Of a stretch of DNA of 64,000 nt, positions 17,021 through 26,609 are shown one piece after another; positions within the stretch are counted from its first letter, which is position 1; each line of letters begins with the position of its first letter. Below the pieces are notes generated by a model. That model saw only the letters and a list, made by a program, of their open reading frames with translations, was not told the DNA's origin and ran no database searches. Origin of the DNA: Minisyncoccota bacterium (lineage in GTDB: Bacteria; Patescibacteriota; Minisyncoccia; Phycocordibacterales; UBA9973); the NCBI GenBank assembly GCA_041665925.1, contig JBAYHW010000003.1:7737-71736 (forward strand), written 5' to 3'. The position numbers were made by a program, and so were the translations under genes.

Positions 17021-18967
17021 ATGAAAAAAACAAGACTATCTTTCAGCTCGATTAGTATCGAAGAAAAAAAAGAAGAAACCAAAGCACCGGCTCGCCCGAC
17101 GACCCACAGCTCTGCCAGCACGTCTCCCCATGCGCGAACCAATGAACACAAGACCCACGACAGAAAAAGAAATGCAAAGACTTCTACCTACCAATATTCT
17201 AAAAATGGCCAAGGCAGAGGTGGTAGCCGACCCTACAACGGGAATAGCCAAAATAAGAAAAAAATAGAAAGTAAAATTCCTCCCACAGAAAAAGGAGTAA
17301 TTCGTATTATTCCCTTCGGTGGAGTAGAAGAAGTCGGTAGAAATATGTTAATAGTTGAATCTGAAGATGATATCATCGTCCTCGACATTGGTTTCCACTT
17401 CATTGACGAAGAAGAAGCTCTGGGCGCCGACTATACTCTTCCCAACTTTAAATATATTGAAGAAAGAAAACATAAAATTCGCGCAGTAGCTATAACTCAC
17501 GGCCACTTGGACCACATAGGTGGTATTCCGTTTATAATGGAACGAATCGGCAATCCCCCAATTTATACCCAGTACCTCACGAGCTTGATGATAAAGAAAC
17601 GTCAAGAAGAATTTGTCGGGAAACAACCTCTCGACATACGTGTAGTAGACCAAGACAGCAAAGTAAAATTTAACCAGCTCTCTTTGGGCTTCTTCCCTGT
17701 TTACCACTCCATCCCTGACTCCATGGGTGTAATAATCGGTACTGAATACGGAAATGTCATAGTTTCGGGAGACTTGAAACTTGATCATGAAAAAGGTAAA
17801 GCCACCCCTGCTGAAGAAAAAAAGTGGGGAGCTTTGGGAAAAGAAAAAAATCTGCTCATGATTGCCGACTCTACTAACGCGGAAGTCCCAGGATTTTCTA
17901 TTTCTGAAAAAGAGGTTCAAAAAAATATTGAAGAAATAATCAAAACTATTAATGGCCGACTCATTATAGGTACTTTCGCTTCACAGTTCGACCGAATGAT
18001 AAAAATAGTAGAAATTTGTGAACGCTATCATAAAAAAATCGTAGTAGAAGGACGAAGCATGAAATCAAACATAGAGATAGCCAAGCTCGCTGGTTTAGTA
18101 AAGCCGAAGGCTGATACCTTTATCAACGCGCAAGATATGGAAAATTATCCACCAGACAAAATTGTGATAATAGCTACCGGCGCTCAGGGTGAAGAGTTCG
18201 CAGCGTTGATGCGAATGGCAACCAATAATCATAAGTATATTCGCCTAAACTCTAAAGACACTATTATCTTTTCATCTTCTGTTATACCTGGAAATGAGGT
18301 AAACATCCAAAAACTAAAAGACAATCTATACCGCCACGACTTGAAGTTAATCCACTATGGAATATCAGAAGTACATTCCGGTGGTCACGCTAGGCAGGAA
18401 GATTTAGTATGGATAAACAAAACAGTTCATCCGAAATTCTTTATGCCAGGGTATGGCAACCATTCCATGCTTCGTATCCATGCACAGCTTATTCATGAGC
18501 GAAATCATATGCCAAAAGAAAACATTGTTGTTCCAGACAACGGTATGATCGTGGAAATTGTAGACAAGGGTACAAAGATAACAACCCGCAAAGAAAAAGC
18601 ACCAGCTAGTATGATGGTCGTGGATGGGCTATCTATCGGCGACGTGCAAGACGTTGTGGTCCGAGACCGGGTTATGCTGGCACAAGATGGAATGTTCGTG
18701 ATTATCGCCCTTGTTGATCAAAAGACTGGAAAATTAAAAAAGTCCCCAGACCTTATCTCTCGTGGATTCGTTTACCTTAAAGAAAATCAAGAACTTTTGC
18801 GCCAAGTGAGAATTATGATTAAAAAATCAGTCGAAGATTCTACCGCAAAGATGCCCCTAGTAGACTTTGACGTTATTAAGGGAAATCTAGGTGAAGGAAT
18901 TTCAAAATTCCTATATCAAAAGACCGCTAAAAAACCTTTAGTCATTCCTGTGATATTGAGCGTATAG
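17021..18967 (+). CDS. rnj: ribonuclease J (metallo-beta-lactamase/beta-CASP) with a basic low-complexity N-terminal extension
   Basis: HGHLDHIGG motif and full-length beta-CASP architecture. The first 90 aa or so are Lys/Arg/Ser-rich. Confidence 0.9.
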   Translation: MKKTRLSFSSISIEEKKEETKAPARPTTHSSASTSPHARTNEHKTHDRKRNAKTSTYQYSKNGQGRGGSRPYNGNSQNKKKIESKIPPTEKGVIRIIPFGGVEEVGRNMLIVESEDDIIVLDIGFHFIDEEEALGADYTLPNFKYIEERKHKIRAVAITHGHLDHIGGIPFIMERIGNPPIYTQYLTSLMIKKRQEEFVGKQPLDIRVVDQDSKVKFNQLSLGFFPVYHSIPDSMGVIIGTEYGNVIVSGDLKLDHEKGKATPAEEKKWGALGKEKNLLMIADSTNAEVPGFSISEKEVQKNIEEIIKTINGRLIIGTFASQFDRMIKIVEICERYHKKIVVEGRSMKSNIEIAKLAGLVKPKADTFINAQDMENYPPDKIVIIATGAQGEEFAALMRMATNNHKYIRLNSKDTIIFSSSVIPGNEVNIQKLKDNLYRHDLKLIHYGISEVHSGGHARQEDLVWINKTVHPKFFMPGYGNHSMLRIHAQLIHERNHMPKENIVVPDNGMIVEIVDKGTKITTRKEKAPASMMVVDGLSIGDVQDVVVRDRVMLAQDGMFVIIALVDQKTGKLKKSPDLISRGFVYLKENQELLRQVRIMIKKSVEDSTAKMPLVDFDVIKGNLGEGISKFLYQKTAKKPLVIPVILSV

Positions 18968-18971
18968 AAAA

Positions 18972-20120
18972 ATGAAGCACAACAGACACATAATATATCT
19001 TGCTGGTTTCTTGTTTTCTATCCCTATTGCTTTAACTTCGTACATAAACTCAAGCTTCCTGGAGGGATATTTGAACAAATACTACGTTAGTGTTTTGTAC
19101 GTTGTTGCTTCCCTCATCAGCATCGTCGGCATGCTCCAAATGCCGAAGATTCTAGAACGCTTGGGCAACCGCCGAGCGACCTTTTGGTTTAGTTTTGTAT
19201 TCTTTTTATCCTTACTCACTCTAGCTCTAGTAAATAATGCAACCCTTGTTGTCTTGGCTTTCGTCCTGTATTGGATATCGGCAAGTTTTATCTTTGCGAC
19301 ACTTGATATTTTCGTAGAGGATTTCTCTAAAAGCTCCACGATCGGTAAACTGCGAGGATTGTACCTTTCTATAATCAACATAGCTTGGGTGCTGTCGCAA
19401 ATGATCTCCGGAAGTATCATAGCCAGAAGCTCGTTCTCTGGAATTTATTTACTCTCGGCTTTATTCACTATCTTGTTTGGAATTATATTTGTATTTTTCT
19501 TGCACAATTTCGTAGATCCAAAATATAAGAAAGTCTCTATCGTAAAGACAATAAAACACTTCATCCAAAATAAAAATATTTCAAAAATATATTTTATAGA
19601 TTTAACTATAAAATTCTTCTATGCCTGGATGGTAATCTACACCCCAATATATCTAAACGAGTATCTCGGCTTTTCTTGGGACAAGATTGGAATTATGTTT
19701 ACCATTATGTTGATACCTTTTGTGGTCTTATCTTTTCCACTAGGTCAGCTATCTGATAAAATCGGAGAGAAGAAGATAATGATTATTGGATTTTTAATAA
19801 TGAGCTTGTCTACCCTATCTATCCCATTCATAACTGAACAAAAAGTCTGGCTCTGGGCCCTCGTGCTTCTGTGCACTCGAATAGGCGCCGCCTCTGCCGA
19901 AGCCGTAACCGAAAGTTATTTCTTTAAAGTCGTCAGTGAAGAAAATGCCGACATGATCAGCTTCTTCCGTAATGCTTCTCCTGTAGCATATATTGTCGGC
20001 CCACTTCTAGCTATCCCGGTTTTATTTTTTATTCCTTCGTTCAAATATATATTTTTTGTTCTGGGTGCAATCTTACTGATCGCCTTCTTTATATCTCTAC
20101 GACTTAAGGATGTGAAGTAA
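18972..20120 (+). CDS. MFS transporter
   Basis: About 12 TM helices. Confidence 0.7.
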   Translation: MKHNRHIIYLAGFLFSIPIALTSYINSSFLEGYLNKYYVSVLYVVASLISIVGMLQMPKILERLGNRRATFWFSFVFFLSLLTLALVNNATLVVLAFVLYWISASFIFATLDIFVEDFSKSSTIGKLRGLYLSIINIAWVLSQMISGSIIARSSFSGIYLLSALFTILFGIIFVFFLHNFVDPKYKKVSIVKTIKHFIQNKNISKIYFIDLTIKFFYAWMVIYTPIYLNEYLGFSWDKIGIMFTIMLIPFVVLSFPLGQLSDKIGEKKIMIIGFLIMSLSTLSIPFITEQKVWLWALVLLCTRIGAASAEAVTESYFFKVVSEENADMISFFRNASPVAYIVGPLLAIPVLFFIPSFKYIFFVLGAILLIAFFISLRLKDVK

Positions 20121-20531
20121 GTGGTTTTTATAAATTTTTTCCTTATAGGGCTTAAGACGGATAACTTTTACCCTTAGACCTCCCTTTTTTAAATCTTTTT
20201 TCAGATTCAAAACATACGCTTTTTGGTCATACCCGAGAGCTATAATATCTGGTCTGATTTTCAAAATATGAGGAATGTGATTTTTAACCCCAGACAGCAC
20301 AACTCCGTCGACTAACTTAGACTTTTTAACTAAACCTAATCGGGCTTTTTCGTTATGGTGGGGATATTTACCTTTTATTTTATAAACATTTTTATCTCTA
20401 GCAATAGACACAACTAAAAAGCTATTTTTCACTAAATTTCTAGCCTGCTTGAATAAATTAAGATGTCCTGGATGCAGACCATCAAAGGTTCCAAAAAGCA
20501 TTATTTTTTTATCCCCAGTTTTTTTTGACAT
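20097..20531 (-). CDS. cytidylyltransferase-like nucleotidyltransferase (HxGH superfamily)
   Basis: MLFGTFDGLHPGHLNLF motif. The start was trimmed to MSKKTG; the ORF-track start at 20558 is likely too long. Confidence 0.65.
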   Translation of the reverse strand: MSKKTGDKKIMLFGTFDGLHPGHLNLFKQARNLVKNSFLVVSIARDKNVYKIKGKYPHHNEKARLGLVKKSKLVDGVVLSGVKNHIPHILKIRPDIIALGYDQKAYVLNLKKDLKKGGLRVKVIRLKPYKEKIYKNHLLHILKS

Positions 20532-20587
20532 AGCACAAGACCAGTATATACTATACAAAGTTCTTTTTAAAATTTAAAGAAATGATT

Positions 20588-20760
20588 TGGGGAAACTGGT
20601 TCAATTCCAGTACAGTGCCGCTACGGTAAGCCTCGTCAAACGAGGACAAGTCCGACTACCATTCATTTCGCGTATCCCGAGCAGGAGTAAAGCCTTCTTT
20701 TTTGAAGGACAACGAATTCTGCTACGGCAGGATTTTTTTATTTCTACAAGCAAGGAGCAT
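20588..20760 (+). ncRNA. candidate cobalamin (B12) riboswitch with a terminator-type expression platform
   Basis: GGGGAAACUGGUUCAAUUCCAGUACAGUGCCGCUACGGUAAG resembles the GGGAA..GGUGAAAAUCC..CCCGCCACUGU core. The downstream AAGUCCGACUACC resembles the conserved 3-prime AAGUCAGGAUACC element. A hairpin ctgctacggcag plus a U-run follows. The downstream genes are DUF4430 proteins. Confidence 0.5.
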
Positions 20761-20821
20761 AAACAAATTTATTTGTTTAATGTCCGAGTCACCGTAGAAC
20801 TATAGTATTACTATATTTTAT

Positions 20822-21241
20822 ATGTCAAAAAAAGCAAAAATAGCAATATCAACAACTCTAGGATTACTATCTGTATTTTTGTATTTATACGTTATCTCGC
20901 CAGTAAAAATAGCCCCAGCCACATCCACCACCCAACTTGTGCCCACGAAGGAAACGAACAAGAACTTGCCAAGTCCTACAGAGTTATCTTTTATTACCAG
21001 AGAACAAGATACTGTTTACGGTTTCATGGAAAAACTCAAGAAAGAAGGAAAAATAAACTTTGTAGATAAAACTTATTCCGGCATGGGGAAACTTATATTG
21101 TCTATCAATGGACAGAAAAGTAACGGCAATAAAACCTGGATATATTATGTAAACGGCAAGGAGGCCAATGTGGGAATTTCTAATTACCAGATTAAACCAG
21201 GAGATATAGTTTCCTGGAAATATGAATCAGTGCATTATTAA
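20822..21241 (+). CDS. DUF4430 domain protein (transcobalamin beta-domain-like, putative B12-binding), membrane-anchored
   Basis: N-terminal TM, then TWIYYVNGKEANVGISNYQIKPGDIVSWKY, typical of the DUF4430 C-terminus. Confidence 0.65.
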   Translation: MSKKAKIAISTTLGLLSVFLYLYVISPVKIAPATSTTQLVPTKETNKNLPSPTELSFITREQDTVYGFMEKLKKEGKINFVDKTYSGMGKLILSINGQKSNGNKTWIYYVNGKEANVGISNYQIKPGDIVSWKYESVHY

Positions 21242-21242
21242 T

Positions 21243-21290
21243 CCCGACGTAAAGTCGGGACCCCGACATAAATTTATTTGGCGTCGGGGT
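21243..21290 (+). terminator. hairpins cccgacgtaaagtcggg and ccccgacataaatttatttggcgtcgggg
   Basis: Shares a 15-nt core with the terminator at 16926. Confidence 0.5.
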
Positions 21291-21305
21291 TAATATTTAA
21301 AAAAG

Positions 21306-23048
21306 ATGGAAAAATTTTTGCAATTTATATTTATTTTAATGTTAGTAATCGGTGCCGGGAATATGGCGTCTGCAGAAGATACTCCGCTCACCATACACCT
21401 TACTCTCAGAGCTGGAGAAGTTTTCTTCTCAGAAGATGTCCCGCTGTATCCTGACAGCACTGTTTTATCTATTTTAAAAGAAGCCGATACTGCAAGTGAC
21501 ATCTTTACGGTTTCTAATATTCAAGAATTTTCTTTTGGTTCATATTTAAAATGTATCAACATAAAAGATATAGGGAATAAGTGTGATGACTGGCAATACA
21601 CCGTAAACGGAAGTTACCCAAGCACCAGCATTGATCAAACTACCCTATCAGGCTCCGGAAGTGTGTACTTTTATTTTAGTGCGAAAAACAGAATTTCTTT
21701 AAGTAGTGACGTTATTCAAACATCTGACACCGTCGTGGTAACTGTAGAAAAATATGATTATGAAGATGGATTATGGTCGGCAGAAGATACTGCCACAATA
21801 GGAGTAACTCAGCCAGACCCTTTGGGGTCTTTTAATCCCCCAACAGAAATAATGACCGGCACAGTGGATGGAAGCGGTCAAGTCAGCTTTTCTTCTATCC
21901 CTGTTGGAATTTATGACGTCGGCATAAGAGACGAATACGGGTATTATTTCCCAACAAAGCCGTTGACGGTTAATCCTGTAGTGCAACACACGGGAGGATC
22001 ATCCTCTTCTCTCTCGATACCTCTACAACAACCCGCAGGCAAAGTCCTAGGTGCGGAAACAAAAATCGGTTTTGACATGACAAAAGCCGTAGAATTCTTA
22101 ATATCTCAGCAGACTGAAAATGGAGCTTTCGGCGAAGATATGTATACGGATTGGACAACGGTAGCTCTAGCTTCTACTGAAGTACAAATACAAAAAATAC
22201 AGCCAATCTTAAAACTGGTAAAGTATTTATCACTTAACAAACCAGCTGGGGCCATGCTGACAGATTATGAACGCCACGCTATGGCCATTATGTCGCTCGG
22301 ATTAAATCCACATAATGCAAATGGAGAAAATTACGTTGAGAAAATTGTGAGTAGTTTCGATGGTAAGCAGTTCGGAGACATTAATGAAGACAATGATGAC
22401 ATCTTCGCTTTAGTGGTCTTAAATAATGCTGGTTATGGAGAGAAAGAAAAAATTATTGAAGAAAGTTTGAAATTTGTACTAGAAAGACAGAAGGAAAATG
22501 GATCTTGGGATGAGAGTATAGATATGACCGGTGCCGGAATACAAGCTTTGTCTAATTTTAAAGAAAACGAAAAGGTAAAAAGCGTGCTAATAAAAGCGAA
22601 GACATTTCTCGAAAAAACACAAGGAGAAAACGGTAGCTGGAATGATGATGCGTCGTCGACAGCTTGGGCCATAGGAGGAATAACGGCACTAGGAGAAAAA
22701 ATAGAAGATTGGAAAAAGAAAGACAGATCTCCTCTCGATTATCTCGCCACAATTCAAGATGCGGATGGAGGGGTGAAAGACGAAAATATTAAAAACAAAA
22801 TCTGGAAAACAGCTTATGTTGTCTCTGCGCTGTCGGGTAAAACTTGGAACCAGGCCATGGAAAAATTCGAAAAAATAGAAACGCAAAAAAATATTGAAAA
22901 ACCAAAAAAAATACTTAAACAAAAAGTAGCCGAGACGGCTCCTGCCACCCCAGCCACTTTAACTCCCCCTTTACCATCAGAATCACCAATAGAAAATTCC
23001 GAGGAAGGTTGGTTCGGTAAGTTCTTCCAGTATATTTTTAATTTTTAA
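21306..23048 (+). CDS. secreted protein with an N-terminal DUF4430-like domain and an alpha/alpha-toroid (prenyltransferase/squalene-cyclase-like) domain, plus a Lys/Pro-rich tail
   Basis: Signal peptide. WQYTVNGSYPS...GSVYFYF DUF4430-like motif. AVEFLISQQTENGAFGED..WTTVALA and QKENGSWDES repeats typical of an alpha6/alpha6 barrel. Confidence 0.6.
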   Translation: MEKFLQFIFILMLVIGAGNMASAEDTPLTIHLTLRAGEVFFSEDVPLYPDSTVLSILKEADTASDIFTVSNIQEFSFGSYLKCINIKDIGNKCDDWQYTVNGSYPSTSIDQTTLSGSGSVYFYFSAKNRISLSSDVIQTSDTVVVTVEKYDYEDGLWSAEDTATIGVTQPDPLGSFNPPTEIMTGTVDGSGQVSFSSIPVGIYDVGIRDEYGYYFPTKPLTVNPVVQHTGGSSSSLSIPLQQPAGKVLGAETKIGFDMTKAVEFLISQQTENGAFGEDMYTDWTTVALASTEVQIQKIQPILKLVKYLSLNKPAGAMLTDYERHAMAIMSLGLNPHNANGENYVEKIVSSFDGKQFGDINEDNDDIFALVVLNNAGYGEKEKIIEESLKFVLERQKENGSWDESIDMTGAGIQALSNFKENEKVKSVLIKAKTFLEKTQGENGSWNDDASSTAWAIGGITALGEKIEDWKKKDRSPLDYLATIQDADGGVKDENIKNKIWKTAYVVSALSGKTWNQAMEKFEKIETQKNIEKPKKILKQKVAETAPATPATLTPPLPSESPIENSEEGWFGKFFQYIFNF

Positions 23049-23431
23049 AACAAAGATAAAACCCAAGGAGTCGGAATCGCCAGAAACATAAGCAACGCAC
23101 CAATGAGACCTAGATTTTTGTAGAAATTAACTCTCTCCCCCATTCTCGCCATCTGATCAGTAACTTCCCAATATCGGTGCATTTTTACTAATGTTCCAAG
23201 TAAAAACAGCACAAGTAAAAGCACAGCATATTCTACATAGACTCCTAGAAGAATCCCCAGACCACCTAAAAGCATCATAGCTCCTGTCAGCAAAACTGCT
23301 TCTTTCGCTTTTGGTACCCCCTTTGACTGCGCATAACCCGTAAGCATTCCAACATTTTTGAAGTGATTATAAGCATTTTGTAAAAAATAACCCCCGAATA
23401 TAATCCTCCCCAACATAAATAAATAAATCAT
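23045..23431 (-). CDS. DoxX family membrane protein
   Basis: 128 aa, 4 TM, DoxX-like pattern. Confidence 0.7.
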   Translation of the reverse strand: MIYLFMLGRIIFGGYFLQNAYNHFKNVGMLTGYAQSKGVPKAKEAVLLTGAMMLLGGLGILLGVYVEYAVLLLVLFLLGTLVKMHRYWEVTDQMARMGERVNFYKNLGLIGALLMFLAIPTPWVLSLF

Positions 23432-23470
23432 ATAGTTCTTATAAGTTATTGATAATGGAACATTATACTA

Positions 23471-23794
23471 CTAAAATTTATCTTTGTCTCCAGATAATCT
23501 CGACAAGAGGGGCTGGATGGGGCCCCAAGACCACTTAGTCTTTTCTCCCTTCCATAGGCATACCCCAACAAAAATTAAAGTTAAAAAAATAAATCTAGGA
23601 ATAAAACTTGCAAGAGTAGCACTAAATGAATTGTGTGAATCATTGATAAACTTTAGGTCTCCCGCAAGAGAAAGTATATAAATAATCGTTACAGCCCAAC
23701 CTTCCCAGGAAATCGGCATCCAGCCCCAACCATACATCCTTCTCTTAAACCAAAGTTTTTTTACTTTTTTATTTCCTTGTATATTTTCTTCCAT
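23471..23794 (-). CDS. small Trp-rich membrane protein, paralog of 837..1121
   Basis: Shared motif LWFKRRMYGWGWMPISWEGW...KGEKTKWSWGP. Confidence 0.6.
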   Translation of the reverse strand: MEENIQGNKKVKKLWFKRRMYGWGWMPISWEGWAVTIIYILSLAGDLKFINDSHNSFSATLASFIPRFIFLTLIFVGVCLWKGEKTKWSWGPIQPLLSRLSGDKDKF

Positions 23795-23829
23795 ATCTGG
23801 ATAAAATTGACGTAATAGCTCTAAATTAG

Positions 23830-24360
23830 TTACAACTTTATATAGAATATTAATTTTTGTCTACCTTTCTCTGCAAGTTTTTTGAAACAAAAACCATTAT
23901 TTTTTTCTATAACCCTCTTTGACGCGTAGTTTTTAGCATCACAACCAACGATGATTTTTTTAATCCCCATTGATTTTGCTTTTCGGACTCCCCATCTTAG
24001 TATTTGCGTGGCGTAACCTTTATTCCTCTCCGTTGGCACAATCGCATAGCCTATGTGGCTAGCATACTTGCTTCTCCATAACCGATGCCTTATCTTTAAA
24101 AGCCCAATAAACCTACTCCCCTTAATGGCCCAATAAACTGTCTGCGGAACGTGGTCTTTGTCTAAACCAATACCAAGTCGATCGTTTCTTTTTTTAATTA
24201 AATATGCAGGGAAATCTTTCTTATTTTTAAAAAACTTAAGTTCACTAGTCCATGGTAAAGCATAAGGCTTTTTAGGTTCCCGTCTTACTTCTTGCATCCC
24301 ATTATAAAAACTATTTAAGTATTTTTTGTTTGGTAAAACAAGTTTTAACTTGGTTTTCAT
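23830..24360 (-). CDS. GNAT family N-acetyltransferase
   Basis: Acetyl-CoA-binding motif GYATQILRWGVRKAKSMG. Confidence 0.8.
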   Translation of the reverse strand: MKTKLKLVLPNKKYLNSFYNGMQEVRREPKKPYALPWTSELKFFKNKKDFPAYLIKKRNDRLGIGLDKDHVPQTVYWAIKGSRFIGLLKIRHRLWRSKYASHIGYAIVPTERNKGYATQILRWGVRKAKSMGIKKIIVGCDAKNYASKRVIEKNNGFCFKKLAEKGRQKLIFYIKL

Positions 24361-25001
24361 CTTTTATATTCTATAATTTTTCCAGCCCTGATTTCAACAT
24401 TATCCGCCTTGCGAAGCTTTTTAACATAGGACCTGGGAACGATATCAAAATGTTTTATTTTATCTAACTCTGCATCTATCCCCCACAGGTCCCCTTCCAA
24501 AAGTTCCCAACCCCCGCCCGAACGACTGGCATCGTCCAGTCGGGCAGGTTTTCCGAAAGCATTTAAATTTAGCAACGCGGAATACTGCCGCAAGGTTTTC
24601 TGTCCGTTATTTAAAAAATATTCGTGAAAATAAGACAACGCCAGCTCGCGTATGTTTTTATATACTGGTTCGCGATACCGTAAAACAGCATGATTGGTTT
24701 TAGATAATGCTCCCCAAAATTTCCCTATTTTAAAAGGCACAATTACGTGGTCATAATCCTCCTTTTCCGCTTTCAAGTGGACTAAATAGGGCCTAAAACC
24801 GTGCTGGGACAAGACGTAAGCCCCAAGGAGGGCACCCTCAAAGCAATGCGCCTCTTTATGCCTTAAAACAAAAAGTGGGCTTCTGAGCGTCTCCCCGTGT
24901 GCTTCAAAATTAAACCGTAAATTATTCAGAAAATCCTGCACCTTCTCTGGTGTATTTAATTTTTTAATTAATATTTTTTCTTTTTTAGTAAAACTGTTCA
25001 T
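24357..25001 (-). CDS. hypothetical protein, possibly a transglutaminase-like cysteine peptidase fold
   Basis: A Cys (HCFEGALLG), a His and an Asp in the order expected for a papain-like triad. Weak. Confidence 0.35.
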   Translation of the reverse strand: MNSFTKKEKILIKKLNTPEKVQDFLNNLRFNFEAHGETLRSPLFVLRHKEAHCFEGALLGAYVLSQHGFRPYLVHLKAEKEDYDHVIVPFKIGKFWGALSKTNHAVLRYREPVYKNIRELALSYFHEYFLNNGQKTLRQYSALLNLNAFGKPARLDDASRSGGGWELLEGDLWGIDAELDKIKHFDIVPRSYVKKLRKADNVEIRAGKIIEYKR

Positions 25002-25004
25002 TGT

Positions 25005-26540
25005 TTATTCAAACTCTGTAGTCGCTGGAGGTTTAGTCGTCCAGTCGAAGAATACGCGAACAATTTTCGGATGTTTGATGAGGGTACTGATTATTTCTTC
25101 ACAAACTTTTGGCTCTAAGTAAAAACCTTTAATAGTCATAAAATCTACCGTCTCAACAGTACGAACAACGAGAGAATATCCGTACACCCTGCCATCCCCT
25201 TTTACCCCGACAGTATTTACTCCAAGAAGCGCGATGATGGTCTGCGAGATTTTATCATAGACATTATGCTTTTTAAGAATTTGAGTAACTTCATAATCTG
25301 CATCCCGCACTATTTCTAAAAATTCCGAAGTAACCGGTGTCCCCACTATTCGTAAATATAATCCAGGGCCCGGAAAAGGTTGCCTGCCCGAAACTAATTC
25401 CTCTAGCCCAAACTCTCGTGCCAATTCTCGCACTTCAAATTTAAAATAATCAGAAAGCGGCATGATTTCTTTTAATCCTAGATCTAGGTCCACGTTGTGG
25501 TGGGTTTTGATCAAAGCCGAATTCCCAGCACTACCAGACTCTATTAAATCCGTCGCCAAGGTGCCCTGAAGCATATGCGTCGCCCCGTAATTCTGTGCAA
25601 CTTCTTTAAATACTTCTCCGTAGACTTTTCTAAAGGCCGAGCGTTTTTCTTCAGCATCTATGGTCTTGCCTATTTCTTCTATAAATTTATTTTTATATTT
25701 ATCAATTATTTCTAAATTTATTCCCGCTTTCTTGGCAATGTCTTTCACATGTTCAATCTCATTTTTACGCATTCCACCCGTATCTATCATAAAAGCTTTC
25801 AATTGACTGCCTAGCGTTGGCGCCAATATGGCGGCAAGAGTAGTAGAATCCACGCCTCCGGAAACTCCAATAATAGCTGTGCCACTCCCTAGGGCTTCTT
25901 TTGTCCTTGCACGAATTTCTTCTATGACACTACCTTTATCATAATCTTTCTCACAGCCACAAATATTCACAATAAAATTATTTAAAATAATATTTTCATC
26001 TTCGGTCTGCTCTACTTCTGGATGAAATTGCACGGCCCAAATTTTCTTATCTGCGCACTCCATAGCTTCTACGACACCCCCACTTTTTGAAGTAGCAATG
26101 ATATTAAAATCACTTGGTACAGTCTTTACAGAATCTCCATGTGAAGACCAAGCATTTATTCTTGCTGGTAAATTTTCAAAAAGTTTACTTTTTTCTAGGG
26201 TTACCTCTACTGGTCCATAAGACTTCCCTTCTTTAATCGCTTGAATTGAATTCTTGTCATTTATATATGCGAGCCATTGCATCCCGAGGCAAATACCTAA
26301 AACCGGAATATCCATTTTTATAACCCCTTCCGGAATATCTGGCATGTCAACATCATACACACTGGCATTGCCTCCAGATAGAATTACTCCTTTAGGTTTA
26401 TTTTCTTTGATCCAACCGAGCGATGCTTCCGAAGATAAAATAATGGAGTGAAATCCTAAATAACGCAGGCTACGTCTGATAATCTCCGTATACTGACTCC
26501 CGAGGTCTATGATTAAAATTTGAGGATTTTTATTTTTCAT
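25005..26540 (-). CDS. guaA: GMP synthase (glutamine-hydrolyzing)
   Basis: N-terminal GATase1 with the LGICLGMQ Cys site, then the SGGVDS PP-loop and a C-terminal dimerization domain. Confidence 0.9.
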   Translation of the reverse strand: MKNKNPQILIIDLGSQYTEIIRRSLRYLGFHSIILSSEASLGWIKENKPKGVILSGGNASVYDVDMPDIPEGVIKMDIPVLGICLGMQWLAYINDKNSIQAIKEGKSYGPVEVTLEKSKLFENLPARINAWSSHGDSVKTVPSDFNIIATSKSGGVVEAMECADKKIWAVQFHPEVEQTEDENIILNNFIVNICGCEKDYDKGSVIEEIRARTKEALGSGTAIIGVSGGVDSTTLAAILAPTLGSQLKAFMIDTGGMRKNEIEHVKDIAKKAGINLEIIDKYKNKFIEEIGKTIDAEEKRSAFRKVYGEVFKEVAQNYGATHMLQGTLATDLIESGSAGNSALIKTHHNVDLDLGLKEIMPLSDYFKFEVRELAREFGLEELVSGRQPFPGPGLYLRIVGTPVTSEFLEIVRDADYEVTQILKKHNVYDKISQTIIALLGVNTVGVKGDGRVYGYSLVVRTVETVDFMTIKGFYLEPKVCEEIISTLIKHPKIVRVFFDWTTKPPATTEFE

Positions 26541-26580
26541 TTATGAAAGATATGATAACATTTTTAAGGAAAAACAAAAA

Positions 26581-26600
26581 TCTCGAGCGCGTGCTCGAGA
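26581..26600 (-). terminator. palindrome ctcgagcgcgtgctcgag flanked by A- and T-runs
   Basis: Lies between the mini-ORF/DsbB transcript and the guaA start. Confidence 0.5.
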
Positions 26601-26609
26601 TTTTTACCT

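Noticed and set aside
17036-17110. A8-9 homopolymer in the rnj N-terminal extension as a phase-variation switch
   Set aside because: It encodes a Lys/Glu-rich low-complexity tail where poly-A is expected from codon usage. There is no evidence of an alternative frame product.
17348-17920. 190-aa minus-strand ORF inside rnj. Similar antisense ORFs sit inside other long genes (29624..30247, 38263..38568, 39656..40114, 40286..40975, 44525..44842, 45065..45502).
   Set aside because: They are fully embedded antisense to strongly supported genes and have low-complexity composition.
20587-20805. 72-aa ORF overlapping the candidate cobalamin riboswitch. Also a tRNA-like GGTTCAATTCC T-loop look-alike at about 20597.
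   Set aside because: The sequence matches riboswitch core motifs and ends in a terminator hairpin. No full cloverleaf can be drawn.
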